A DNA stretch of 64,000 nt from Macrostomum lignano (Eukaryota), in NCBI GenBank assembly GCA_002269645.1, contig NIVC01000584.1, positions 62,001 through 126,000 of the forward strand, read 5' to 3'. A program made the position numbers and the translations under genes. A model generated the notes under the pieces. It worked only from the letters and a program-made list of their open reading frames with translations, was not told where the DNA came from and did no database searches. Positions 1 to 18,469 of this stretch are shown piece after piece (within the stretch, counting starts at the first letter, position 1; the number at the start of each line of letters is the position of its first letter).

Positions 1-1487
1 CAAAACTTTTTGTCTCCATAACTAGAGGGAGATACATGCTATAATGTTTTTATTATTGAATGACAATCGCCAAGAAGAAATTGTGAAAAATTGTGCTAAG
101 TGAGGTTGTTAAGGCATGTCAAACATTCAACAGAATTAAATAGTTATGCTGCTGTTTTTCTTGGAAGATCCGAACCTATTCTCTGATTCTGGAATTGGTA
201 ATATGAAAAGTCTCAAGGTCCTTGTGAATCTGTAGATTAAAACAAGTACAACGTAGATTCTTATTTAAAAAAGCCACTGAGTTTTCTGTCGACAGAAGCT
301 ATAGGTAGTAAATTAAACTAAGGCTGATTCAGCGCTCACCTAATTTAATAGTTACTTCTTTAATAGACCAACTTTATGACTCAGTGATCAGATTTAAAAA
401 CCATCCACTCTCCTGGAAATCACGATCGACCGTGCTCGTGAGTTCCACGACCACATTGATAATGAACAATCGACGACTATGCTATCGCGGACCTATTTAA
501 TATTTATTTCTTAGCCAGCCAGTTTGGCCTTAATGCAATGTGCGCAAATGCGCAATGCTATGGCACATGAGCCAAGCGTTAAAGAATATCAGTTTATTTT
601 GCTGTTTTGGTAATCGACAGTTTAAATAGAACTGATTAAAATTACAGATACACCTTAAAATAGAAACAAAGAATGACCATCTATGGGTTTTTTAAGTGAT
701 ATTAAAATTCTAAAAACTGCATAAATAGACTTCATCAACAAGTTGAAGTCAATGATAAAAATAGTTAAGATGTCATAAAACTTGACTTTGAATTTTTGCT
801 ATAGGCCTACCAAGTACGCAAGTAGGCCTAAAATTAATCATTCAATTTCTAGTCTATTTTTCCTAGTCGTCTTTTCTAGTCTATTTTTCAAAGAGACAAG
901 GATCGTTATCCTTTGCCTGCCTGCCTACTTTTCTTTCCTTTTTGATGTAGGCAGGCCAGAGGGAGAGGGTATAAATGGGTTTTAAAATTGATTAGGCCTA
1001 GGCCTAAGATTTGGTCATTATAAGTTTATTTCATCATGAAACCAAATTCCCATTTTCATGGGAAGTGATTGACACAATTATTTATGGTGCATGACCAAGA
1101 TAGCCACATAACTAGATAGGCCTAGCCACAGCTCTAAATGTCTAAATAGAAAATAATAAGCCCAGGTCTATATATTTCATTCATTTCCTATTGGTAGTAA
1201 TTAGTAAGATAGATGCTATAAATAAATAAATTGTATTAGGCCTACATTATAATCATTCCCTTTGGCTGTAGCTTTTATTGTAGGCCTAGCCTGCCTGACC
1301 TAGGGGCCTATAGATAGGCCCATTTTATCCAATAGGCCTATATAAAGCAAGTAACCTAAGGTACAAAATAAATATTTTGTTGTATATTTATCACATTTTT
1401 TGTATAGCTAGCATAGGTGCAGCCCATTTCAATGAAAGAAATTTTGGTGAAAGATACTTTGGCAAAAGTGAATTTTTAGTTTAAATA

Positions 1488-2315
1488 CGAGGGGTGTCCC
1501 AAAAGTTCCCGGAATGTCTAATGTAGCTCTTCCACAAAGCCATGAAATTTCACGCCCATGGTGTCAAATGAAAGGAAATTTTGTCACAAAGAATACAAAG
1601 TTAAAATCATGTTGATATCTTTTTTTATTCAAGAGCTACAGCAAGAAACGTACGCAAAGGTCAGGGGTAGTGTTACACAACCTCAACAATCTATGGCAAT
1701 AATTTTTTCATCTCCATTTTTGGAGTTTTTCATTTTGAATTCATTCACAGCAGACTGGCCATCTCTAAAGCATTCGATCCATCCATAAATTGCAGTTTTT
1801 TCAGGCTGTTCTCACTGTGGATGGAGAATAAGTGGTTAGAAATCTTGGCTCCATTCTATCCTACTGACCAAAGGGCAAAAACTTGACTTCGCTGACTTTC
1901 AAGGCTCTGAAAAAAACTCATTTTTGCAAAGAAATTTCAAGTTGAAAGCAAGCGCTTGGTACGAATTATCTACACTCGCGCAAAAGCTCAGATTAGCTTT
2001 ATGAGCATTTCTGCTTTTTTCCATAGACACTACCACGTCTTTCTGACACGTCAGTAGCACAAATTCAAAATGAAAAACTCCAAAAATGGAGATGAAAAAA
2101 TTATTGCCATAGATTGTTGAGGTTGTATAACACTACCCCTGACCTTTGCGCAAGTTTCTTGCTATAGCTCTTGAATAAAAAAAGATATCAACATGATTTT
2201 AACTTTGTATTCTTTGTGACAAAATTTCCTTTCATTTGACACTATGGGCGTGAAATTTCATGGCTCTGTTGAAGAGCTACATTAGACATTCCGGGAACTT
2301 TTGGGACACCCCTCA
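1488..2315. mobile_element. Non-autonomous Tc1/mariner-type MITE with ~254-bp terminal inverted repeats
   Basis: 1488-1741 is a near-perfect reverse complement of 2062-2315 (CGAGGGGTGTCCCAAAAG...CTTTTGGGACACCCCTCA). TA flanks at 1486-87 and 2316-17. No transposase ORF inside. Confidence 0.85.
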
Positions 2316-3015
2316 TAGATATAGGCCTATAATAACATAGGCTATATTTCGGTAAAAGAAAGTGACCAGTTTGGTAAAAAGATCAGCTATGTATATAATT
2401 GCAAATATAGGCTTATCACTTTGGTGATTGAAGCTTTTAATAAATTATTCATTTTTGCAAATTGTTCTTCAAATTATTTGCAATTAGAAAATTAAATAAT
2501 TCATGAACTTTGCTAGTAGCTATGTTATGTATATGCAATCTATCAATATGCAATTGATAGATTAGTGATGACTGATGATGACAATGTGTTTTTTTTAGTT
2601 CTGGACTTCTAGTTCCTAAAATTGTGCTTTGAAATCCTTCTGTAATAGAATGGCGCTAGGCACCTACTAATAAAACAATTGAAATAAACTGCAACAGAAC
2701 AAAAACATATCACAATAAAAATTGTCTTTATAAAGTTTGTCATTTTTCTTTTTAACTTTCTTTTAAAACAACAAAACCCTTCACTAAAGCTTAGAACAAA
2801 TCTTTTGCCAAATGGTCAGCTTTAGACAAAATTGTGAAAATATAATTTGTCATTATTGACTGTTGCCAAAAATTATTTTGCTGAAATGGGTTGAAACTGC
2901 TAGCATTATTGCTATATTAGCAATAGCAAAAACAGAAAAAAATAAAGTTTTTATATTATAGGTAATTAGTTTCAAATATTGTTTCAAATTAATTTCTAAT
3001 TATTGCATCAGTATA

Positions 3016-3381
3016 GGGGGGCCATAGCCCAGCGGTAGCGCAGCTGCTCTGGTGTGCCAGCAACCCAGGCTCGATTCCAAGTGCAGTCACATTAATTTGG
3101 GGCTGAATTGGAATCTTGGCTTGGCTCTGCTCATGCAATTAATGGCCTTGAAAGCCAACCCCCCCCCCCCAAGGCACAGTGAAGTGTACATGCCTAACAA
3201 TTGATAAAGTTAGGGCTGCTGTACACTCCTGTGTGAGTGTGTGCCTGCATACATATCTGCGCGCTTGTATGCCTGCTCAGGGGAGTTGGCGGAATGGGCA
3301 GTAATGCCTCGCTGGTTGTGTGCCTATGTTGCCTAAAGTGCACTAGGGTGCACACAACCCCCCTGCCTTTAATAAATAAAA
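3016..3381 (+). mobile_element. tRNA-derived SINE-like element
   Basis: Pol III A-box-like TAGCCCAGCGG (3025-35) and B-box-like GGCTCGATTCC (3068-78) at tRNA-like spacing, a GC-richer body in AT-rich surroundings, and an AATAAATAAAA tail. Confidence 0.55.
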
Positions 3382-4542
3382 TTGCATTAGTATTTATGAA
3401 TATGATTGATTAAACAATTAATTAATATAACAATAGCTGTTATATTGCTAATTAATAGTAGAAAGAGAATAGATATAATAGAGATTAAATGTTGTGGCCA
3501 TCTTGGTGTATGGTCAACTTAGGCTTATACTTTATTTATTGACTTATTTTTGTTTGAATATAAAAGTCCTAATGTTATGATGCAATGGTAATCAATTATA
3601 GCATTTCATTTTAATCAAGTTGAATTCTTGAAATTGTGCAAAACAGACACTAGACTATAGTTTTTGTTTTTATATGCCAAATATATCAATGAATTATTTT
3701 TTGTTATAAATAAATTAGGGAAATGGCTATAAACAAGAGCATATTTTGATTAATTAACTTAACTTTGATAAAACCTTAAGTAGGCCCTTGGGTTTTAAAC
3801 TCTTCAGTCACTTGCTAGTTCAAATTGCAAACTTGCCTAGGGCCTAGTTAACCTTGGGGTTGAAACAAGTTATTTATAGTTAGGCCTATAGTATAGTTTA
3901 TTTTGAGTAAGAGAATTCTAGAATAATTTGAAGAGATTTACACACACACATAGAAAGAGAGAGAGAGTTCATACAAAGTCCATACAAAAAACATAATTAT
4001 TAAGAATAATGCCATGAGATAATAATTTCAATAATGCCCAAGCAAGATTATAAATTCTATATGTACTAATAAGATGGCTCATACTAGAATATATTAAAAC
4101 TACTACTAGAAATGTATTAAGATACATTTTATAGTTTATTTGTAGAAGTAAATGTATAAATTGAGAGAGACCCTATTTGTATTTTAGCTTGGTGATAATT
4201 GGAGGATTATTTTAGAAGGCAGAATGAACACATTTGTTACAGCTTTGGTGGCTTAATAGTAAGATAAAACTATTAGCACTGCAACAACTTGGTATTATCA
4301 ATTGAATAGTTCAGAGAGAAATAAACCACAATTATATTTATAACTCAATCAAGGTGGAAACTATAAGCATATTAAGTTTGTTTGCTTATTGTACTAAATA
4401 TATAAAATAGTATATAATTTTGTCTGTTCGCATAGCAACAGTACATGTACAGCGTTCCCACCTTGACTCCAGCCAGCCCTTGCATTGGCGAGTCCAGTAG
4501 CAAGGCTGCGAACCAGACTGTTCTCCAACCTGAGGGCTCGCC

Positions 4543-9533
<4,991 letters not shown>

Positions 9534-9635
9534 CCCGGAGGACGTCTGGGTGCTCGCCAAATAGCGGCTGATTGCCTGCTTCCTGTTTTGCTGTCTAATC
9601 AAACTGCCTTTTTAATTGTGAACTGTCTCTTTCAG

Positions 9636-11845
9636 TCACTCCCGATTCACTCCGGAACCTGATAGTGGCTCATAATTCACTCCGGAACCTGATAGTGACT
9701 CCTAATTCACTCCGGAACCTGATAGTCACTCCCAATTCACTCCGGAACCTGATAGTGACTCCCGATTCACTCCGGAACCTGATAGTGGCTCATAATTCAC
9801 TCCGGAACCTGATAGTGACTCCTAATTCACTCCGGAACCTGATAGTCACTCCCAATTCACTCCGTAACCTGATAGTCACTCCCGATTCACTCCGGAACCT
9901 GATAGTGACTCCCGATTCACTCCGGAACCTGATAGTGACTCCCGATTCACTCCGGAACCTGATAGTCACTCCCGATTCACTCCGGAACCTGATAGTGACT
10001 CCCGATTCACTCCGGAACCTGATAGTGGCTCATAATTCACTCCGGAACCTGATAGTGACTCCTAATTCACTCCGGAACCTGATAGTCACTCCCAATTCAC
10101 TCCGGAACCTGATAGTGACTCCCGATTCACTCCGGAACCTGATAGTGGCTCATAATTCACTCCGGAACCTGATAGTGACTCCTAATTCACTCCGGAACCT
10201 GATAGTCACTCCCAATTCACTCCGTAACCTGATAGTCACTCCCGATTCACTCCGGAACCTGATAGTGACTCCTAATTCACTCCGGAACCTGATAGGCACT
10301 CCTAATTCACTCCGGAACCTGATAGTGACTCCTAATTCACTCCGGAACCTGATAGTGACTCCTAATTCACTCCGGAACCTGATAGTGACTCCTAATTCAC
10401 TCCGGAACCTGATAGGCACTCCTAATTCACTCCGGAACCTGATAGTGACTCCTAATTCACTCCGGAACCTGATAGGCACTCCTAATTCACTCCCGAACCT
10501 GATAGTGACTCCTAATTCACTCCGGAACCTGATAGTGACTCCTAATTCACTCCGGAACCTGATAGTGACTCCTAATTCACTCCGGAACCTGATAGTGACT
10601 CCTAATTCACTCCGGAACCTGATAGTGACTCCTAATTCACTCCGGAACCTGATAGGCACTCCTAATTCACTCCGGAACCTGATAGTGACTCCTAATTCAC
10701 TCCGGAACCTGATAGGCACTCCTAATTCACTCCCGAACCTGATAGTGACTCCTAATTCACTCCGGAACCTGATAGTGACTCCTAATTCACTCCGGAACCT
10801 GATAGTGACTCCTAATTCACTCCGGAACCTGATAGTGACTCCTAATTCACTCCGGAACCTGATAGTGACTCCTAATTCACTCCGGAACCTGATAGTGACT
10901 CCTAATTCACTCCGGAACCTGATAGGCACTCCTAATTCACTCCGGAACCTGATAGGCACTCCTAATTCACTCCGGAACCTGATAGTGACTCCTAATTCAC
11001 TCCGGAACCTGATAGTGACTCCTAATTCACTCCGGAACCTGATAGTGACTCCTAATTCACTCCGGAACCTGATAGTGACTCCGATTCACTCCGGAACCTG
11101 ATAGTGACTCCTAATTCACTCCGGAACCTGATAGTGACTCCTAATTCACTCCGGAACCTGATAGTGACTCCTAATTCACTCCGGAACCTGATAGTGACTC
11201 CTAATTCACTCCGGAACCTGATAGTGACTCCTAATTCACTCCGGAACCTGATAGGCACTCCTAATTCACTCCCGAACCTGATAGTGACTCCTAATTCACT
11301 CCGGAACCTGATAGTGACTCCTAATTCACTCCGGAACCTGATAGTGACTCCTAATTCACTCCGGAACCTGATAGTGACTCCTAATTCACTCCGGAACCTG
11401 ATAGTGACTCCTAATTCACTCCGGAACCTGATAGTGACTCCTAATTCACTCCGGAACCTGATAGGCACTCCTAATTCACTCCGGAACCTGATAGGCACTC
11501 CTAATTCACTCCGGAACCTGATAGTGACTCCTAATTCACTCCGGAACCTGATAGTGACTCCTAATTCACTCCGGAACCTGATAGTGACTCCTAATTCACT
11601 CCGGAACCTGATAGTGACTCCGATTCACTCCGGAACCTGATAGTGACTCCTAATTCACTCCGGAACCTGATAGTGACTCCTAATTCACTCCGGAACCTGA
11701 TAGTGACTCCTAATTCACTCCGGAACCTGATAGGCACTCCTAATTCACTCCGGAACCTGATAGTGACTCCTAATTCTCTCCGGAACCTGATAGTGACTCC
11801 TAATTCACTCCGGAACCTGATAGTGACTCCTAATTCACTCCGGAA
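9636..11845. repeat. 30-bp minisatellite (CACTCCGGAACCTGATAGTGACTCCTAATT), ~74 copies, 100 bp after the PTEN stop
   Basis: Direct reading; phase is visible in the 60-nt rows. Confidence 0.97.
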
Positions 11846-12592
11846 GCCTTCAGTCAAATCTGACTCATTCCTGAATCTGTAAGTGACTTCCTGTTCACTC
11901 GGGAAGCTGTGAAGGGCAGTAAAACATTCAATTTTACCGCATAGGAACTGGCCAAAATTTTATCCGATGCCAATCCAGTTCAGCCCATCGTGTTTATTGA
12001 TTGCTATTTTATTTGATAATAATCCTGTTTTTCCGGTCTCGGAGATCTCAGTATAGCTAGCTATAAGGTGCTATAATCCTACACTAGTGTGCATGCGCCT
12101 GTGTGCCTGTGGCTGTACAATCAATTTTAACTCGCGTCTCACACACACACACAATGTGCTTCTCCGTGCATTTTCCAGCTTGTAAAATTTGTGCGTGTTT
12201 TTTATTTATTGACCCGACCTGATCAACGAGGCAAATTTTTTTAACTGGTTGCAGGCATTGATTAGCTACTGAGAGTAGTATTCGGCGATTGTACAATATG
12301 GATTAATGCGAACATTTTTATTGTACTTTATTGAGCAATAGAAGCTGCAGAGCGGCGGGCTTCGCTGCTGCATTACTAATCTACTTTTGTAATTGAAGCC
12401 TGTGTGTTTTTTTAATTGCCTGTATTCGCATCTGCAGCGCCTTTGCACTTTGACAGGTGCTCACGATTGTAAATAAAATCTCTGCATCAGACTGGAGTGT
12501 CCGCAGACTGCTTGCCGCTCACTGGCTTTTAATAAGAGTAATTAAACCTTTTTGATGGTGCCGACTTTCAACTCTTTATTGGCATGGAATTT

Positions 12593-13445
12593 AGGTGCGC
12601 CCTTTTGGCGCCCTAGCTGACACTAAATGTGGTGCCCTAGCTGACACTAAATGTGGTGCCCTAGCTGACACTAAATGTGGCGCCCTAGCTGACACTAAAT
12701 GTGGCGCCCTAGCTGACACTAAATGTGGTGCCCTAGCTGACACTAAATGTGGTGCCCTAGCTGACACTAAATGTGGCGCCCTAGCTGACACTAAATGTGG
12801 CGCCCTAGCTGACACTAAATGTGGTGCCCTAGCTGACACTAAATGTGGCGCCCTAGCTGACACTAAATGTGGTGCCCTAGCTGACACTAAATGTGGTGCC
12901 CTAGCCGACACTAAATGTGGCGCCCTAGCTGACACTAAATGTGGTGCCCTAGCTGACACTAAATGTGGCGCCCTAGCTGACACTAAATGTGGTGCCCTAG
13001 CTGACACTAAATGTGGCGCCCTAGCTGACACTAAATGTGGCGCCCTAGCTGACACTAAATGTGGCGCCCTAGCTGACACTAAATGTGGTGCCCTAGCTGA
13101 CACTAAATGTGGCGCCCTAGCCGACACTAAATGTGGCGCCCTAGCTGACACTAAATGTGGCGCCCTGGCTGACACTAAATGTGGTGCCCTAGCTGACACT
13201 AAATGTGGTGTCCTAGCTGACACTAAATTTAGCACCCTAGCTGACACAGAGTCATGGCGCCCTAGTTGACACTAAATGAGGTTTCTTAGCTGACTCTAAA
13301 CATGGTGCCCTAGCTGACACTAAAGTGGCGCCCTAGCTGACACTAAAGTGGCGCCCTAGCTGACACTGAAGTGGCGCCCTAGCTGACACTAACTCAAAAT
13401 GTGGCGCCCTAGCTGACACCAAATGTGGCGCCTCAGCTGACACCG
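12593..13445. repeat. 24-bp minisatellite (GTGGYGCCCTAGCTGACACTAAAT), ~35 copies
   Basis: Direct reading. Confidence 0.95.
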
Positions 13446-13668
13446 ACACCAACTTTATCATCAATAAAAATCTAGCTTAGGCTCAGCGTCTGCTCACGTG
13501 CTGGCGTACGCTGGGCTATTTTTAGCTGCGGCTCGCCAGTCTATGGTCCGTCTGTGAAGGCAGCTTCCTCATGCCACACAGCGCAGCATACCTTGCATGG
13601 CTTGACAACAGCGGCTGTTCCGGCAGCCCAGACTGGTTAGACACCACCCTGCCCCGCTTATAAACACA

Positions 13669-14693
<1,025 letters not shown>

Positions 14694-14934
14694 AAGTTTT
14701 TTACTTTTTGCAGCGGATTATTAAGCTAAAGCTTGCAGTGTAGATTTAGGCGTTTATTTTCTTTGTTTTCTACTGTAAGTAGACGAATTCGCGCTGACTC
14801 TGAAGAGAGATTTAACTATTCGATTACAGCTGTTTCTAATATACCGTTTCCTTTTATGCTTTCAGTAAAAACCTCATCTTGATCGTCTTGATGTGTGTGT
14901 TAATATCTTTATATCTGAATGTCTCAATGATCTA

Positions 14935-16032
14935 TTGTCCTAAATGTCCCAGTGTCTTCATGTCGTGTTAATTAGACACGGAGAAATTAAGACACAGAAA
15001 CATTAAGACACTGGGACATTAATTAGACACGCGGCCCAGTGTCTTAAATGTCCCATTGTCTTAAATGCCCCATTGTCTTAAATGCCCCATTGTCTTAAAT
15101 GCCCCATTGTCTTAAATGCCCCATTGTCTTAAATGCCCCATTGTCTTAAATGCCCCATTGTCTTAAATGCCCCATTGTCTTAAATGCCCCATTGTCTTAA
15201 ATGCCCCATTGTCTTAAATGCCCCATTGTCTTAAATGCCCCAGTGTCCTAAATCTCTCAGTGTCTTAATGTCCCAGTGTCTTAAATCTCCCAGTGTCTTA
15301 ATGTCCCAGTGTCCTTATGTCCCAGGGTCTTAATTCTCAGTGTCTAATTACTGTCCCATTGTCTTAAATGTCCCAGTTTTTAATTAATGTTCCATTGTCT
15401 TAAATGTCCCAGTGTCTTAGTTTTCCCGTGTCTAATTAATGTCCCATTGTCTTAAATGTCCCAGTGTCTTCATGTCGTGTTAATTAGACACGGAGGAATT
15501 AAGACACAGAAACATTAAGACACTTCAGACATTAATTAGACACGCGGCCCAGTGTCTTAAATGCCCCAGTGTCTTAAATGCCCCAGTGTCCTAAATCTCT
15601 CAGTGTCTTAATGTCCCAGTGTCTTAATGTCCCAGTGTCCTTATGTCCCAGGGTCTTAATTATCCGTGTCTAATTAATATCCCATTGTCTTAAATGTCCC
15701 AGTTTTTAATTAATGTTCCATTGTCCTAAATGTCCCAGTGTCTAATTAATGTCCCATTGTCTTAAATGTCCCAGTGTCTTAAATGTCCCAGTTTTTAATT
15801 AATGTTCCATTGTCTTAAATGTCCCAGTTTCTTTATGTCTTAGTGTCCTTATTTCCCAGTGTCTTAATGTCCCAGTGTCTTAAAAGTCCCATGCATTGTC
15901 TTAAATGTCTCATTGTCTTAAATTTCCTAGTGTCTAAATGTATCAGTGTCTTAAATGTCTCAGTGTCTTAATGTCTCTGTGTCTTGATGCTCCAGTCTCT
16001 TAATGCCCCCAGTCTTTTAATGTCCCAGTGTC
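14935..16032. repeat. ~17-bp satellite (TGTCTTAAATGTCCCAG/TTAAATGCCCCATTGTC) with two embedded inverted segments
   Basis: Direct reading; AAGACAC-oriented segments at ~14973-15030 and ~15485-15545. Confidence 0.9.
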
Positions 16033-16488
16033 TCTCTTTCTGACTGACTGTTTTTCTGTCTGTCTGTGTGCCTTTTTAACTATAAAATCTGAAAAGCTGC
16101 GTATTTATTTTATAAAAGATTAACATTTTTAGTAAATAATAGCTCTGGATAAGCTTTATTTTTGCAACGTTGATAGCCAAAGAACACTTAAAGTACACAG
16201 AGCACTGTAAATATCTGATATAGTTGGGCTTCATTTCAGATTTCAGAAAATGGACTGCACAGAAATAGCGGTAAAAAATTTAAGCATTTTTTGAAAAGAC
16301 AGGCTTAATATCTTTTTGATACATACCGGATTTTTGTTTTCTAGAAGAAAATTTTTTTAAGAGGAAGCTGGCTACTCTACTTAAGACAGTAGTGCGGTTT
16401 GAGCATCGATTAAATTCTGCGGCTCGCTGCAAGAAAAACTTCAGTTCCATGCTGCTGGCCCGTCGCCTCTACCAGCCAATTTTCAGCA

Positions 16489-17996
16489 TCAGCCTGTCAC
16501 GTGACCCCAGAATCCGGCTGGCAGGCTCGGCATCATCAGCAGCTGACAGACGATGGCCGCAGCGGCGGAGGCCGCAACAATGATCGGATCGGGTCCGGAC
16601 CTGCCACCTGCCAGTGTTACCTGCGTGTGGTGTGCCAAAATCTAATATTATCTGAATGGAAGCTTTGACTATATGAGGTAGGTACAATTAGCGATAACAG
16701 AAGCCTCACACTTTCCATTTACCAGATATTTGCAGGTGAGAATGAAACAGGGAAGGTTTGCTTTTAATTATCAGTTACTGCGCGTGAAGCCATAAACACC
16801 TGATGACAATTTTACCAGATAATTATAAGCCAACCACCCCACTCCATTCTCACCTGATAATTAAGGGCCAACCACCCCACTCCATTCTCACCTGATAATT
16901 AAAGCCAAACACCCCACTCCATTCTCACCTGATAATTCAAGCCAACCACCCCACTCCATTCTCACCTGATAATTAAAGCCAACAACCCCACTCCATTCTC
17001 ACCTGATAACTATAAGCCAACCACCCCACTCCATTTTCACCTGATAATTATATGCCTTTTATGTATCTTACCATATCCTATCCCTCCAATTTGAATTGCA
17101 CACCTGAAACACATCAATCTCACCTGCTGGTATCGGTAGGTGGTGCTGGCGCAGGAGATTAGAGTGGTGCCCGAGGTGGTGGCCGCAGCCGTGGTGGTAG
17201 GAGTCGTTGACTCGGTGGTCCCGCTGGTGGCCGCGGTGGTGGCGGTGGTGGTGGTGCTCGTGGTGGTGGTGGTGCTGGTGGTGGACGAGCTGGTGGTCAC
17301 GGGTTCGCACTCCTGCAGGGTGCCGTAGATGACCCACATGAGGTCGCCGGGCCGCCTGCCCGGGATGAGGTAGAAGGCGCCCCTGTCGGACCGGATGCCG
17401 CTGAGGCCGGTGCACAGGAAGTACAGGCCGGCGATGAGGCCGGCGGCGGTGGCCAGGGCCAGCAGGCCGATCAGGAAGATGCAGCAGCCGTGCCGGGTGA
17501 CGGCGCCGCCCGCGGTGGCCATTTTGCTCTTCGGCATGGCCGGCATCTTCATCTCCGGCCGCCCGCGGGCCGGGCAGGGGCAGCAGCGCCGGCCGGCCGG
17601 GGCGTCACGGGTCACCGAGGCCTGCGCGTTCTGGGGGACCCGGCCGCTGGAAATGTCCACAACCTGGGATTCGGGGTGTGAAGTTGGAGTGCCATGGAGT
17701 GACGAATAGAGTGCCGGTATGGCACGAGTGATCCGGGATCCCGCCACAGCGGAGCACATGCAGGCCTATTAGCCATAATCATACGGACCCACCTGAACTC
17801 CCCTGGGCGTAGCGGCCGCGCCTGTTGCCATAGCAACGGGCTCGCCGCCGTAGCTGCCGTAGTAATAGCCGGGACTGCCGCCACCGCCGTAGTTGCCGCT
17901 GTTGGCGGCGCTGCTGACCGAGGGCCGACGGGAGAGGGCGTTGCCGGGATTGAAGTAGGAGTTGGGCTTGCCACCCGCTCCGGAAGAGATCGGCAT
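16489..17996 (-). CDS. Uncharacterised membrane protein (N-terminal tail, TM helix, Thr-rich segment, C-terminal hydrophobic stretch), 291 aa; complement(join(17793-17996,17124-17663,16489-16620))
   Basis: GC-rich open exons joined by phase-0 GT-AG introns (CAG|GTGGGT, CCCAG|GTT, CAG|GTGAGA, ACGCAG|GTA). TM segment GCCIFLIGLLALATAAGLIAGLYFLC. Poly-Thr stretch. Last exon VTLAGGRSGPDPIIVAASAAAAIVCQLLMMPSLPAGFWGHVTG*. Confidence 0.72.
16820..17050. repeat. 37-38-bp tandem repeat x6 in intron 2 of the membrane-protein gene
   Basis: CTCACCTGATAATTAAAGCCAACCACCCCACTCCATT units. Confidence 0.9.
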
Positions 17997-18469
17997 CTTG
18001 CTGCTTCTGCTCTGCTTCTCTGCTCTGCCGTCGCTGCCGTGCAGTGCGCAGTATTTTTCAACTCAAACTCAAACTCCGAATTGTGTATTCCGAGGTTGCC
18101 ATGGGGCTCGGCAACACCGAAGACACTTGAATTTGCTCGGCTCAAATCTCGAGCTTGTACTCAATTCTCTGCTGCTATGAATTAAGAAATTATATTTGCC
18201 TTCTGCATCGCATGCAGAAGCTGAGCGCTGCTGAGCCGTGAGCAAGCAAAGCCAAAATTCATCTCAGCAGTTACCCAGCAGCGCAACTCAGCGCTCTGGG
18301 CTCGCAGTCCGCGCGAAGAAAGTTAAATAAACAGCATTGGACAAACAGGGCTCGCAAAAAGTCTTTGGGGCGTCTAACCTGTATGTGGGCCGCTTAAAAT
18401 TGTGTAACGTAGGACTGACTTCTCAATGTTCTCAGAAGTTCGAATGTCCAATGGCGATTGATGAGGCCG

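Noticed and set aside
12591-13269. ORFs (CGALADTK)n and (SARAPHLV)n
   Set aside because: A 24-bp unit is a multiple of 3, so open frames arise trivially; no splice or start support
9636-13445. Regular 24-30-bp repeats as CRISPR arrays
   Set aside because: Head-to-tail units with no unique spacers, no cas genes, and a eukaryotic context
13659-13664. TATAAA as the WSC-gene TATA box
   Set aside because: Only 4 nt before the ATG, too close for a TATA-directed start site
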